Position numbers and translations under genes: made by a program. 64,000 nucleotides of DNA from Podarcis pityusensis (taxonomy: Eukaryota), in assembly GCA_964106645.2 (NCBI GenBank), contig OZ067041.1; one strand, given 5' to 3'. The notes under the pieces are model-generated. The model was not told where the DNA came from and did not search any database. It saw only the letters and a list, made by a program, of their open reading frames with translations. Numbering within the stretch: position 1 is the stretch's first letter; every line of letters starts with the position of its first letter. This document shows positions 1-13,704 of the stretch, one piece after another.

Positions 1-1170
1 ACACTGAATGTTGAGAAGATATGGGAGTGAAATTGGAGGCTCCTTTCTAGTGGTTGTTGGGGATTTGGGGGGGGGAGATAATTAGGTGCCTCCATCTTCA
101 GTTGAACTTCAATTAAAAGGGGGAAAAACTGTTTTGCCTGAGGCATCCCTGCATTTCAGGTGTTTAGACTAGATGACCATTGGAGTCCCTTCCAGCTGTA
201 CATTTCTATGAATCTATGCGTCAAACAAAAAGTTGTTCTATCATAACCTTAAATCCATATGAAATTCTTTTAGTTAGCTGTGGGGGAGGAGAGAATTGGC
301 ACCATATCCAATTTCTTACTGTGACAGTCAAATTATGGATAAGAAGGGGTGCTTTGTCAACAGTAGCCTCATTCTTCCTGTGCACATATTCTAGTGTTAC
401 CTCTTTCTAAGTGACTGGATATATATTGTGAATATTGTTTAACAGATGGGGTTTCCTCAGCTATTAATCTGCACCTATATTTTCATTATGCATTTGCATG
501 CTCTGCAACTTATTGACACTTCCATTACAAGTTCCCTGTCTTTTTGTTTTTAAATGGAGTAGTTTCTAAGTTGCTGGGCCGAGATGTCATGTTCAGCATT
601 TGCCCCAATTAGCTCCCTGTGTGCTTTCTTGAATCACTATTTGTAGCAGAAAGTCAGCTAAGTAGTTCCTGTGACAGTTAGCCTGGCCCGTTCCCATGCT
701 AGCGACCAGACGCTTCTCCTGCATGAGGCAATGGCTTGTGGTGAAAATGCTCATTTGTGCAAAGAAGATACTGTGAGAAAGTGTTCTAAGCAATATATTA
801 AATGTCTAGATAAAGGCCATATCAATATCTACCATGGGAGGCATTCAGGCTCATTAGCATGAGAAGTAATGTGAAAATGTCATACATACGCTATGTATGA
901 ACCACAACAGAAATCAGAGCCACTCCATATGTTTACCTACAATAAAATAGTTAGCTGGAAGATTCCATTCCCATTATTTACTTTCCCAATTCCTTTCCAT
1001 GCAATACCAGTAATAGGACAAACGCTGCACCCAAATATCTGGGACAGGCAATTCAGTGCAAATCAAACCTTTCTAACTGGGCTTATCAAATATATTTGAT
1101 CCATCTCTTTTTCAACAGTAATAATTCCTTAATCCCGTCTAGATAAAATACATATCCACATAGCAATGCT

Positions 1171-1171
<1 letters not shown>

Positions 1172-1201
<30 letters not shown>
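1172..1201. repeat. (GT)n microsatellite
   Basis: About 15 uninterrupted GT units seen directly. Confidence 0.97.
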
Positions 1202-1204
<3 letters not shown>

Positions 1205-2051
1205 CTCAATAAACAATGGACTTAATACAACCTCCCCACAAACTTTGTGCAAATAAATTAGGGTGAATGCTCCATAAACAGATTGTTGGGAAGAAAACCT
1301 AAACTTTTATTCAGCATTTATTCTTTTGGGGTCCATTGGGTATTACACTGAAGAAACAATAAATTCTCTAATGTGGTAAGAGTTATGGTCCAGTCCAGGC
1401 CAAATCTCGTATTTGCAGGTAATGAGTCATCTGTAAAAGCAAAGAGAAATTCAGGGCACCTTCGTTGAAAAAGGGTTACTCTAGTTATCTAGTTTGAGTT
1501 TAGTACAGCATTTGAGGCTGTGAGTGTTCAGAACTCAATACGATACTTCGATTAGGCAATTCAATTCACTGGGACAAAAGTAGCTTGAGGGGGCTTGTCT
1601 CTTTTTCTTTTTTGCTCTTGCAGAGGGGAAAAAATCATCTCTCCTGGTTTTTCAACTTTACATTGCATTCAAAGAAAACTAAAAGTTATGCTTTCCCATA
1701 CACTGGACTCCCCCACAAGGCTTAGTATTAACCTGAGATGTCCCCGGGCAATGCAAAGGTCCAGCATAGACTACAGAGTTGAAAGAATCCATTTCTGACT
1801 TTGTGCAGCTGTTTCAAGTGGCGCTGCTTATCCCTACCTCTTCCTAGTAATTTGATGTAGTTAATTTGCTTCCACATACTTGATGGCGATGCCTTTGCTC
1901 AAAGTCCTCTCTTCACAAGCTGTTTAATCGTGGTTGGTAACGAGCTGCCTCTGACAAAGTTGCTGCAACTCATAGAGCTGCTTTTGGGACCTGAGCCTTA
2001 AAAGCTGCCACTGTAATCTGGTGTGCAGTTTTGTAGATATGATACTAATAT

Positions 2052-2292
2052 CCAGTGTGGTGTAGTGGTTAAGAGCGGTAGTCTCGTAATCTGGTGAACC
2101 GAGTTCGCGTCTCTGCTCCTCCACATACAGCTGCTGGGTGACCCTGGGCCAGTCACACTCCTTTGAAGTCTCTCAGCCTCACTCACCTCACAGAGTGTTT
2201 GTTGTGGGGGAGGAAGGGAAAGGAGAAGGTTAGGCGCTTTGAGACTCCTTAGGGTAGTGATAAAGCGGGATATCAAATTCAAACTCTTCTTC
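2052..2292 (+). mobile_element. tRNA-derived squamate SINE (Squam3-like, CTT tail)
   Basis: tRNA-like head with box A (GGTGTAGTGG) and box B-like GAGTTCGCGTC, a CORE-like middle (GGGTGACCCTGGGCCAGTCAC) and a CTCTTCTTC tail. A near-identical reverse copy lies at 32107-32698. Family name is from recall. Confidence 0.85.
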
Positions 2293-4155
2293 ATCCCATA
2301 TTCTGACAGTACTCTGTCAGTCAACCTTCAAAGCATCAGGCAGGGTCTATATGCCCTGTGGGGTAACACACATTTCTGTATGGTTTGATGAGCTACAGCA
2401 TGAGGGATTTCACCAGCAGGCATCGATAAGGAGCATACATAGGTTTTATTTTTTGTTGCATTGGGTTAGATGCACTTGTATGGTGTGCATTTATAGAAGG
2501 CAACACAGGGCATTTCCTATATCTTTTGCTTGATGATACAGTTATATTTGATACCATATTTAAAGATTTTGGAATTTTTAGGCTCTCAGTAAGTGTGGAT
2601 ATTATGGTTTTATATTGATGGTCTTTATCATAGTGGTTGGTGCTTTTCAGATTGCATTGATTGTCACATCTTTTGAATTGTTTTTGCAGACATTCCTTTG
2701 GTAAGGGTATGCATTTGACATCTGGTAGGGAGAGCGGTCTGTGTCAGGGTTGAACCAGAGATCCTATTTGTGCAGAGCATTTGTTCCTAACTAAGTTATG
2801 GGTTGTTTAAACCCACTGGTTTCAGAATTGTTTAATAGGACTTAAGACTACAACGCAGGTGTGTTGTTGTTTTTCTTCTCCTTTTGAGACACTGAATATG
2901 CTTGCAAACAGTCCCATCACTAAAGACTATAAAATCCCTGGCGATACACGTCACATGTATAATATTAATTCAGCTTGATGACTGATAGTCCATAGGCAAC
3001 TCCATATATAGCTGATACATTGTTAAATGAGTCACACAATATTTAATGAGAACCCTTGTGAAAATCCGCTTCCATTAAAAAAATACTAATTAAAAACAAG
3101 TTTCTGACCCTTGTGGCTAGACATATGGATTTAAAAAATGCAGGGTGCACATGCAAAAGGCTTCATTATTGGGGTACGGGGCGAAATTAATACACATTAT
3201 ATAGAAATTTACCACTTTCTCATGGTTTTTTTTTAACAACAAAGCATGGAGTTTGTGCACTTTTTCAAAAACAAATAAAAATTTCTTAGATAAATGCATA
3301 ATTTATTTTGAGACGAGATGAATTTCTGAAGTAAATTTAAAAGCTTCCATAAATAAGAAAACAGAAGAAAAGAAATGGAGCAAAACATTTAATTACTGCC
3401 CTGTCAATGTCTGTTTTTAAAAGCAAATTTCCTATCTTAATTATAATTGCATTCACATAATTGGGATGAGAGATGTCCTTAAAGTTTTTTAAAAGGGTGA
3501 AGCCCTCATGCATTCATCACCACTTCTAAATGGTTCCCCACTCCGTCACAGGAGGGATACTATGAAGCATCTGTGATGGGATTGTACTGTCCATGATTAT
3601 GTATTTTCATTCTAAAGGTTTTTGTATATTTTTAAAGAGAGAAAGCAAGCCTAACTAGTATCCTCAAAATCTCTCTTTACAGTGAAAAAACTTTAGCACG
3701 AATAATGAAAATTTGGTTAGCAAGTGCTCAGTCTTCACCGATACTTATTTTCACTGTAGTTCAAATCTGTGCTGTCGGAAGGTCAGGGCTGCTTGCACAG
3801 GCAATTACTCTGGTCTCCTCCTGGTTTTCTTCCTAGCTGCTCTGAATCCTTTCACTTCTGCTCCTGCTGTGCCGGTTGGTTTATCCAGAACCATGCGATT
3901 AGAGACAAAAAGCTCTCTCTAGCAATGGATATCTGCCCAGGAAGACATCATTCATTCACCTGAATTGTGGGACTAGCTAACCTTCATGCATGGTACAAAA
4001 ATACTGGCACTAGATTCTCCAGCAGGGACTTTGAATTACACAGTAAGAACAGCCTTTTGCAAACTGAGGGACTAGGGACCTTTGAGAACGTGCAACGTGT
4101 GACTACTAAATAGGCATAGGGGGAGGCAAGAAGCCTGGTTCCTTACTTACACATG

Positions 4156-4158
<3 letters not shown>

Positions 4159-4203
<45 letters not shown>

Positions 4204-4820
4204 TTATTTATACCCTGCCCATCTGGCTGAGTTTCCCCAGCCACTCTGGGCGGCTCCCAATCGAGTGTTAAAACAATACAGTATTAAATATTAAAAACTT
4301 CCCTAAACAGGGCTGCCTTCAGATGTCTTTTAAAGATAAGATAGCTGCTTATTTCCTTGACATCTGGTGGGAGGGCATTCCACAGGGTGGGCGCCACTAC
4401 CAAGAAGGCCCTCTGCCTGGTTCCCTGTGACCTCACTTCTCGCAATGAGGGAAACGCCAGAAGGCCCTCAGCACTGGACCTTAGTGTCCGGGCTGAACTA
4501 TGGGGGTGGAGATGCTCTTTCAGGTATACTGGGCCGAGGCTGTTTAGGGCTTTAAAGGTCAGCACCAACACTTTGAATTGTGCTCGGAAACATACTGGGA
4601 GCCAATGCAGATCTCTCAGGACTGGTGTTATGAGGTCCTGGTGGCCACTCCCAGTCACCAGTCTGGCTGCCGCATTCCGAATTAATTGCAGTTTCCGGGT
4701 CACCTTCAAAGGTAGCCCCACGTAGAGCGCATTGCAGTAGTCCAAGTGGGAGATAACTAGAGCATGCACCACTCTGGCATGACAGTCCACGGGCAGATAG
4801 GGTCTCAGCCTGCATACCAG
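4159..4820 (-). mobile_element. 5'-truncated L2 LINE (ORF2 C-terminus, 3' UTR and (ATT)n tail)
   Basis: ORF 4284-4859(-) contains LVISHLDYCNALYVGLP...NAAARLVTG...ITPVLRDLHWLPV...APTLWNALP...FKRHLKAALF, typical of the L2 ORF2 C-terminus. Ends in an (AAT)n run on the + strand. The open frame suggests a young copy. Confidence 0.93.
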
Positions 4821-7309
4821 GTGTACTGGTCTGTACAAATGCACGTACAGATTATGCACATGTAGGCTCGTCTGCCTATTTGGGCGCCCTGCTTTATTTT
4901 AGAGGCTCCATGCATGCACATTGCATGTGTATTGGTTTTGTGCAAACAGAACACTGAATCTTTGTAGGTTGAGCATGGGGACAGCCTCTCCAATTCTACT
5001 TACCAAATACACATATGCATCAACATACACACACGGCGGCTGCGTAAACACATACTCATTTGTAGTTCAAAACAGTAGTTTTCTCAACCTGGAATCGTTC
5101 ATTCATGTCTTCAATATGCTGCTTTCAATAAAGATTGAAGAGCCTGCTGTCCACAAGGGTGGGTGTTGTTAGTTGTTTGAAAACACTCCCCATGTTTAAG
5201 TTACTCACAGTTTTTCCCTTCCTGCACATGCCTCAGGTGAAAGAAGAAGGAAGTGGTGATTGTGCTCTTGGTGTATGCCCACCCACAACTGGGCAGGTGT
5301 GCATACAGCTCCCATTGCTGGGGCCACCTGTTTTTTTTCTGATGGACACATTGCAAGGTACTGCATAATAAATCTGCAATAAGCTTGTATTTTCATAATG
5401 AAACTAGTTTCTCAGTAAGTGCTTTTCTGGGGTAAAATAAAGAGCAATAAATCTAGATTGTGTGTGGACTATGTAGAAAAAGCAAGCACTCATTCTCCAT
5501 TGATTCTATTATAAAAAGTGTGCATGCAGCCACAAAGGAGTGATAGCATGTACTGAGATGACATCCTCTTCTGCCTGCCAACCGAAGCAATTATAAAGGC
5601 ATATAAAATATCCACTTCTTCAGCAGTGTTTTGTATGTTTAGGGTAACAGATCCTATGCTACTACCCTCTCTTATGGCCAAGATTTTTTTACAACGAATA
5701 TAAAACACATTCATATATGCTATATAAAGAAGTAGGGGGCAAATTAAGAAAGGAAAATGTGTCCTCTGTATTTAACTGCTCCAATTTAAGCATAATTCAA
5801 CGGGCTTCCCATAAAAATGAAATGGAGAGACTTCGTTCCCTCCCATATCCGTAACGTGTATCCTCTTCTGCTTGAACCTGGCAGGCTTTCTTTTCTCAGC
5901 AGGTAGGGGAAGATGAGTTGTTATAATAAGAAGGAAAAGTTTAGGATAGCGGCCTCAGGCGTGCTTTCTTAAAAAGAGGGTTGTTTTTTTAATTATTTCA
6001 TCTCATTTTTAGTTCGTTTTCCCCCTCCTGAGTCTCTGATTCGTTTTCTCTATATCAAAGCAGGGACTACCAGTAGCTCTTTCTAGGGCTCCCCCTCCCA
6101 CACCAGAAAATGCACTTTCAGCCTTGCCCTGGCAAACACCCCTATGCATGCCTTCCTGACGGTACCCAGGAAGTCCTTGAAAGCTTCTGTATGCTTCTCC
6201 CTTGCAAGTTCTCCCCATTACCATGAGCAGCAGCACCCTGAGTCGAAAAGTGACTCAACATTTGCCTGCTAGGTTCAATGTTGGCTAGAAAACATGCTGG
6301 CAGGAAGGTTTTTTGTTTTGTTTTTTGGTTGAAACACATACAGGATTCAGAAATAATTGAGCTGGACTCTGAAGTCTCTGAGGTGCAGAAGGAGAGGAAA
6401 GACAGAAAGATTAATTCCCTTCCTATTGGAGAACTAAGGCAGTGTTCTGATTTATGACTCACAGGCTTCCCAATCCCTCTCTAAACTGTGCTCTTAAATA
6501 TGCCCTCATTTCGGGATGCTACAGTCTGTTATATGAAACTAATGAGAAATAGAACTTTATTTGTCACATAGGGCAGCTTGCAGGAGCCCAGAGAGATGAA
6601 CTGCGCTTTTGTTTCTGTTACTGAGACCTTGATCAGAAAATCGCTTCATGCCTGTTCGATTTCGGGCTCATTCGCACAACCTTTTTTTACATGGGGCAAA
6701 GTCCGTATGAGTTAGCTATTTCAGCAGGTCTGGCTTATTGAATGATTCTGCAAGACTGTTTGGTAAAAGGAATAAAACTGCAGACCCCAGATATGCCAAT
6801 AAACAATTCTGGAGGCCATTACCATAAAGCATAACATCAACAAATGATGCATTTACAGAAATGGGTCTGGGGTTATGAGGCATATAAATCAGATATATTA
6901 GATCACAATCCAGCCCTTGTTGTGGCACATGCTGGGGACAGGCAATGGTTCAGACAGAAGGCACTTACAGAGCAAGGTAGTATTAGATGGCCCAAGCAAC
7001 TAACCCAAGTAGCATGTTCAGAGAAAATGGGATGTTTTCCATTAATTAATGGGAAATGACAGCAGAGAGATGGAGGAAAACAGAGAAAGGGATGTAGTTC
7101 TTTGAGTGACAGTGCTAGCATCCAATCGGGGAATTTACTAGACTCACATTTTTACTTCTAACTGCAGTGGTTTGGATTGGGGCATAGAAAGAATATATCA
7201 GAATCACAAGTTTCTCTGCTCTTTGAAAATATATCTGTCTGGCAGCAGCACCCCCCAAAGAGGGTTCACATCAATGTTTGGCCATCTCTGTCCCACCAGT
7301 GCTAGATGC

Positions 7310-7699
7310 TATTGGATAGTTTTCTTGCTTTATTGTTGGCGCCCAGCCACGCTTCCCTTGGGCATTTCTGCAACTTCTGTTTACGCAGTGTGGCCGTAAA
7401 GCAATTAGCAGAGTTACACAGCGGTCGTGTGTCGAAAGAGCAGTAAATCAGTCCCAAACGTTTCTTCTGTCCTAATATCTCTTTATTGGCACAAAAATAG
7501 CGTATTTACAAACTCCAACTTCCATCTGAGTTAAGCTGCATCTTCTCTCTCTGCTTGCAGCGTCGTAACAGACTGCTTTCGATTTCCACTTAGTACACAG
7601 CATTCCAAGCTGTTTGCGTCACGTCCTGGCTTACTTCCCTTGTAAGCGCCTCCTCTCAGGCTCGAGGCATAGAAGGTTAACCCTTCACTACACCCAACA
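7310..7699 (-). mobile_element. Solo LTR (390 bp) with 5-bp target-site duplication GATGC
   Basis: Ends are TATTGG...CCAACA (TGTTGG...CCAACA inverted termini with one transition). Flanked by GATGC at 7305-7309 and 7700-7704. AATAAA on the minus strand near 7482-7487. CpG-rich relative to the flanks. Confidence 0.8.
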
Positions 7700-7818
7700 G
7701 ATGCTCCTGTTTCCATCAGCTTCCACCAGAGCACCAATAAATTCACTTATTCTGGATCTTCTAGATGTTAGTAGTGAAATGCACCTTCTGTGGCTCTGTC
7801 CTATGCAGTTCCTCTTGC

Positions 7819-7950
7819 ACAAGGGTGGAGAACATATGACCCTCCAGATATTTGCTGGACCATAATTCCCTAGCCATTGGCCATGCTGCCTGGGGTGGAT
7901 GGGAGTTAGAGTCCAACACTGGCTAGGTGGTCACTGGTTCCCCACACTTG
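7819..7950. mobile_element. Degenerate palindromic hAT-type MITE
   Basis: Similar to the intact hairpin MITE at 44971-45116 (CCCTCCAG...GGAC...AATTCCC / GGGAGTT...GTCC). Confidence 0.55.
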
Positions 7951-8128
7951 CTCTAGCTCTGTCCACCTGGTACGGCGAGGGCATCAACCTCCTGCTGAAG
8001 GCATATTGAATGATCTCTACTGTTGCACTTCCAACAAAGGGGTGGGAATGATGGTCTCAATCCCTCCCGTCTCCATTTTGTTGTGTGGACATGCCTTATG
8101 TTAAAAGCCTAGTTGTCACTGACATTTT

Positions 8129-8130
<2 letters not shown>

Positions 8131-8173
<43 letters not shown>

Positions 8174-8330
8174 TATTATTTATTCCCCAGCCACTCTGGG
8201 CAGCTTCCAACAAAACACTAAAATGCAATAACCTATTAAACATTAAAAGCTTTCCTAAACAGGGCTGCCTTCAGATGTCTTCTAAAAGTTTGGTAGTTAT
8301 TTTTCTCTTTGACATCTGATGGGAGGGCTT
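8131..8330 (-). mobile_element. Short L2 3'-end fragment with (AAT)n tail
   Basis: Matches the copy at 4159-4380 (CCCCAGCCACTCTGGG...CCTAAACAGGGCTGCCTTCAGATGTC...GACATCTG) with an internal deletion. Confidence 0.88.
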
Positions 8331-9759
8331 ATACCACTTCAGGCTCTGCATTAAAAAAACAAACAAAAAACCTCTCTATTCATATAGAAAACTGGATGTC
8401 AAGGATAAGAGTTATAGTCTACGTGGGAGGATTTTTTATTTTATTTTATTTTATTTTGCATATGCAGAATTATTTAATCATGTGAAGCCCCTTCTCTAAT
8501 CTCAAGCCCAGAGACAGATTTGCCACCTCAGAGGATTAAAGGCTAGGAGCACGGGAGCTGGAAAAGGTTCATTTTGGCCACAGCATTCATAGGGAGCAGC
8601 ACACTTAAGAGCCGTTGTTAATACAGGTAATGGGGACCTTGGAAAGGCTAATCTATTGATCAAGAGTGATTTCAATTATTCTGCTATTGAGCAGATTCAT
8701 GGGAGAGTAGTCAGGAAAGGCAAAAGGGTCCTGGAGGCAAGACTCTCACCTCTTCTGTATTTGTTTTTCTGAGCATTTGACAAAAATCAATTCCTTGTCC
8801 TGAGTTTTCTGCCTGGGACACAAGCCAAGGAAAGGCAGGCAAGCTAGAAGTTCAGACAAGAAGGAAGAAAAGCAAACAGATGCATTGGATGATAAGAAAG
8901 CTTTGTGTTCAGCACATCACAGTATGTGCCTTGTGCTTATCCCTTATCAAATACTTATGGAGGTCCAGAGCATTGCTGTTGTCTGCCGATGTAAATGCAG
9001 ACCAGTGCATGGGATTTTCTTTTCTTTTCTTTCTTTTTTAAAGATGAGGGCATTTTTGGCTTGGATAGTGTTCCTTCCAATCCAACCAGGGAGTCTAAAC
9101 AGGAGGAATAGTCCTAACTGAAGCCAAAGGCATCTACCCAGAGATAAATGAGATGTAAGATGGATAAAGCAGATGGACATGTCATTTCAAGCTGGTGGGT
9201 CAATGCTGGGAAATCCATCTGTAGCAGATGAAGAAAAAAGGTGACTGATGGAGCAGCAAGGATAGGAATAAAGATCAAGGTGCAAAGAAGATAGTTATTA
9301 GAGGTAGAGAGATCAGCCTAATTCTGTCCCATTTCATTTTCATTGACATTCAGTCTACCATCTGCTCCATCCTGTTTTGCATGGACTTTTTAAAAGAATA
9401 TATGAAATTAGCCATATCGATTTGCATGCTGTCATAGGGAGGGTTATGTTGTTGTTTTGTTGGGCTGCGTACGTAGTAAAGGGGAGCCACACCGGGGTGA
9501 AGGCATCCTCTTTTGTTTGTCCCCATGCTAATTTTGATTTGTTGGTTAGCTATTCTAGTTGGGAATGTTTCCTATACAGCTTGGTACCAGTGGTCTATGT
9601 TCACTCCTGACAGGTCCCTCCAGTGTCTAGTTATGATGCTCCTAGCTGCTTAGATCAGGTGGCTTATGGGTTCTTTGTAGTGTGAATGTGCATTGTTGGC
9701 TTGTAAAATATATAATAGGACCAGTTCTGGAGTTGCTTCTAACCCCTCCCTCTCTCACA

Positions 9760-10098
9760 CACAAATAAAACTCACTGCCATCAACCAAATGCAACCAACC
9801 ATGCCCTGGTCTCCCCAATCTCTCTCAATGCCAATGAAAACTAATAAAATTATAGATGAGGAACCTATCCATGCAACGCTGACACAAAAGCCCCTCACAT
9901 ACACTATGTAAAAGAATGGAAGTTTACTATCCCCCTTCTTTCCCCCCCTCTCTCTCCCCACCTTTCTTCTCCCCCAACCTCATACTGCCTATAACAGTAG
10001 TGTCTCACGTCGAATGTAACTGATCTTTAGAAAGAACTCTGTGAATTGAAAACTTTTGTTGCTGAAGAAAACCTTTAATAAAAAGAATTTTTAAAAAA
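9760..10098 (+). mobile_element. Probable degenerate L1-like LINE 3' end
   Basis: Pyrimidine-rich 3'-UTR-like tract, AATAAA at about 10077 and an A-rich tail. Weak similarity to an ORF2 C-terminus. Confidence 0.4.
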
Positions 10099-10822
10099 GA
10101 AATTACAAAGCATATATGAAAAAATGTAAGCATTATTTGTATTCATGTTTATATACACTTCCCCAAAATAGATATTTTCCAATGCTTTTCAGTGTGCTTT
10201 CCCATAAAATATGTATTTTGTACACATTTAAACCATAAAATCCATATTTCCATGCATCAAAACTGCATTACAAAATCTGGAGACGTGTGAAATCCAATTG
10301 GGAGTTCCAGTATCTTAAGGGCACCAAACAAATTCCTTCTTCATCTCTAACTCTAAGCAAAGGAAAGGTCAATGAATGAGCACAAGGGGTCTTTTGACAA
10401 CCAGGAGATAAGACTGCATTCATACTGGTTATCCACAGCAATCAGGAAAAAGAAGACCACAGGCCTTTTGTATAGACCAGAGTATAGACCAGAGTATAGA
10501 CCTTTTGTCTATAGCCAAGATAGCTAAGGAATCCACCCTAGCACTCAGCTTTCACGTGCTGTTGGGGAAGCAACTCTCAGGCCAAATCTAGGAGCATACA
10601 ATCAACAGATCAGAATCTTTGACACAGCCTTCTGTTGCTCACACAACAACCAGGATGCCTAACACAAACTATGTGAACTAGACAGGACATGCAGTAGTGG
10701 TGAGGAATCTGAAATGGAAAAAATATGCATGGCATGGAGAAAATAGATGGAGATTTTTTTTCTTCCTCATAATCTGAGGACATCCAATGAAGCTGAATGT
10801 TGGAAGATTCAGGACAGATATT

Positions 10823-11110
10823 GTATTGTTCCATGTATAACATGCCCCCATATATAAGACAACCCCTATTTTTTGGACCGCAACAAAAAAAATGGGGTGG
10901 GGGGAATTGCACAAAGTTGTTGAACTTTTTTTTGGAGGGGGGGAGATTTCCCAGAGTTGTTGAGCAAATCACACGCAGCAGGCCTTGCGGCAGCAACCAA
11001 TCAAGCATCCAATCTCCTGCTGCCTGCTGTCACCAATCATGTATAAGGCGATCCACAATTTAGGATTATTATTTCTAAGGAAATAATATCGTCTTATACA
11101 CAATATTGCA
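10823..11110. mobile_element. Degenerate Tc1/pogo-type MITE
   Basis: TATAAGAC / GTCTTATA inverted motifs at both ends, resembling the better-preserved copy at 12282-12542. Confidence 0.55.
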
Positions 11111-11119
11111 TAGTTATGT

Positions 11120-11372
11120 ATGGCCCAACAGACTTTCAAAGAGGTTTTGATAAATTCATGGAGGAGAAGGCTATCAAAGTCTACCAGCCATGATGGCTAT
11201 GATCTGCCTCCACCGTTGGAGGCAGTAATGCTTCTGAATATCAGCTGTTGGAAACCACAGGAGAGAGTGATGTTGTGCTTGAATCCTGCTTGCAGGTTTC
11301 CCATGGGCACCTGTGAAAACAGGATGCTGGATGGGCTATTAGCCTGAACCAGAAAGTCTCTTCTTATGTTCA
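11120..11372 (+). mobile_element. CR1 LINE 3' end (ORF2 stop region and 3' UTR)
   Basis: FQRGFDKFMEEKAIKVY-like ORF2 terminus, then the typical squamate CR1 3' UTR (CAGGATGCTGGA...CTTCTTATGTTC). Confidence 0.8.
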
Positions 11373-11393
11373 TACTTTTGCAATAGCTTAAAT

Positions 11394-11900
11394 TATTGCA
11401 CGCCACCCCAATTTCCGAGCGAGATTCCAGGGCTTGCAGGCACTTACCCAGGGTTCATGTTTCCTTTGGGGAATGAGGCACAGTGGATACGGTGCTGGAT
11501 ATGTGGTTTATTTACATATAGATACAACCAGAGCCTACAAAGAACAGGTTCACAGCATTGACACCCCTAAAAGGTCTTGTTTCTGCCATAGCCGCAGCCT
11601 TGGATTCTAACAGAACTCAGACATTGCACTCAAACGCTGCTCTGACTCTCTCTCTCCAGCTTGCTGCTTTACTTCTAGGTCACATCACAACTCTAAACTC
11701 TGGTTTTGTCCTTCTCTCTGTCTGAATTGCCCACCCATTAGCCATATCCCACAGAGCACCTTCCTTTGTTCTCCTTACACCTCACCAGGAGGTGAGTCTG
11801 ACTATTCCAAAAATTAGAAGCCTTGATTAAATTCTGACACTTGCTGGATCCAGGGATTAGAGGAGGCTGGCACACAACTTAACACCCCAAATTCATAACA
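11394..11900 (-). mobile_element. Probable solo LTR (Gypsy/ERV-like)
   Basis: Minus strand begins TGTTATGAATTTGGGG and has AATAAA near 11507-11512. The other end reads TATTGCA. No convincing target-site duplication found. Confidence 0.5.
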
Positions 11901-12281
11901 ATACAAACAACTAGTATTAATCTCCATGGGCTTCTATTCCCCCAAGACAAAGTTGTAGGAAGCAGATTCTAACAGCTATGAATTTTCTGGTATTCTGATA
12001 AAATAAAATTGCAGCATGGATATAGGTAAGTGACTCATAATATGAAGTACGTTTTGTGATATAATTATAACCTTCTGGTAGAATAACCACAGCAGTGATG
12101 TACTCGTTTAAAAGTTGTTTCACTCTGAAGACTGCCTTTCTATTACTGTCTTAGTTTTTTTTAAAGTGTGGCAATCATATTGAGAGAGAGAAAAACCCCA
12201 CATCTTTTAGCCTTAAACAAAGTATTATCTATTAAGAAGAGCTACAAAATCAGTTTTTGACCTATCCTATGTTTGGATATA

Positions 12282-12542
12282 CCGTTTTTTTTTGTTCTAT
12301 AAGACTCACTCTTTCCCTCCTAAAAAGTAAGGGGAAATGTGTGTGAGTCTTATGGAGTGAATGCAGGCTGCGCAGCTATCCCAGAAGCCAGAACAGCAAG
12401 AAGGATCACTGCTTTCACTGCGCAGCAATCCCTCTTGTTGTTCTGGCTTCTGAAATTCAGAATATTTTTTTTTCTTGTTTTCCTCCTCCAAAAACTAGGT
12501 GCGTCTTATGGTCTGGTGCGTCTTATAGAGCAAAAAATACAG
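12282..12542. mobile_element. Tc1/mariner (pogo/Tigger-like) MITE with TA target-site duplication
   Basis: Terminal inverted repeats CCGTTTTTTTTTGTTCTATAAGAC / GTCTTATAGAGCAAAAAATACAG, flanked by TA on both sides. Confidence 0.85.
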
Positions 12543-13281
12543 TAGGTATTGCTTGAATGAAAATTGGAACACAGGTTTCAATATTCACTGATGCTCTCAA
12601 ATGCCATTGCAATAAACAAGGTTGGTTGGTCCTGCCATTAGCCGGAGTGAAGGCATTGCCTAAGGCAACAGATTTTGGATCCTGGGTGCACATTACTTAA
12701 AACATAGCTAAGTATTTCTTTTTCACAATTGGGATCCAAGCTGGCTTGGGGGGAAAGGCATCAAAATGCAGTAGTGTATTTCATAAGAAACAGCAGGATA
12801 GATGTGGATTGTGGCTTTTGTCATGTGTACTATAATTCTAAAACTAGTGGTGGGAGGGCACCAGATGTAGAGTAACCAGGAGTGTGTGCATAGCCTGGGT
12901 GCCATGAAAAGGCAGAAAATTGTTGGCTGTTTTAATTTATTTTTTATTGTATTTTCAATGCCAGGAAGGGGAAGAGACGCTTGTGGAATTTTCTGCTTCG
13001 GGAGCCGAAACAACTTGGCCGGCCTTAGGTTCTGTACACCTTCACTTGAAGCAGCTGCAATTTGCTGCTCTGCCTCAGGCAGGAAAAAAGTATTGGGCTG
13101 ACTCATGCTACATCTGCTCTGGGACTTGAGCAATTTTAAGAGGACAGTAGACAAGTCACAGATATAGGGAGGAGGTATCTGAACCAAACTGGAAGATCCA
13201 AACAGCCTGGGTACAAGACAAATGGGGGGGGGGGGAACAAGCCAAAGGAGGGGGGAAATAGTGAGCAGCTGTGGAAATAGT

Positions 13282-13343
13282 GAGGGTTGGACTCGATGGC
13301 CCTTGTGGTCTCTTCCAACTCTATGATTCTATGATTCTATGAT
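13282..13343 (+). mobile_element. CR1 extreme 3' end with (ATTCTATG)n tail
   Basis: GGGTTGGACTCGATGGCCCTTGTGGTCTCTTCCAACTCTATGATTCTATGATTCTATGAT is the canonical CR1 terminal hairpin plus octamer repeats. Confidence 0.9.
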
Positions 13344-13704
13344 CAAGGGAGCTTCTTAATTATCTGTCATAGGAGTTATTTCCCCAAGGGTCAGAGAAGT
13401 GAAGAATACAAACAAAAGAGTGTTCTTTTAGGATGTGGCTAGGGAATTGGTATTTAATAGACCCAAACAAATGTATGCAGCATCAAATTCTGAACTTGAT
13501 ATTATATAAGGGTAAAGTGTGATAATGAATACCTCATACTAACCTTTGCCAGCCTGATGTCAACCACATGTTTTGAATTACAGTCCCAGCTTACACAACT
13601 ATGCTGGCTGGGAGTTATAGTTCAAAACAGCTGGAAAACATCAGGTTGGCAAAGGCTGCCTTATTCTGTATGTTGCTAGTAGCATTCCTTTTGTATGGTT
13701 CTTT

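Noticed and set aside
1880-2016. Minus-strand exon-like segment with donor CAA|GTATGT
   Set aside because: Poor pyrimidine tract, all three frames closed and no partner exons identified.
2052-2125. tRNA-like sequence with A and B boxes
   Set aside because: It is a SINE head continuing into a CORE-like body and CTT tail, without a complete cloverleaf.
4284-4859. 191-aa ORF as a host gene
   Set aside because: It is the C-terminus of L2 ORF2 with an incidental upstream start codon.
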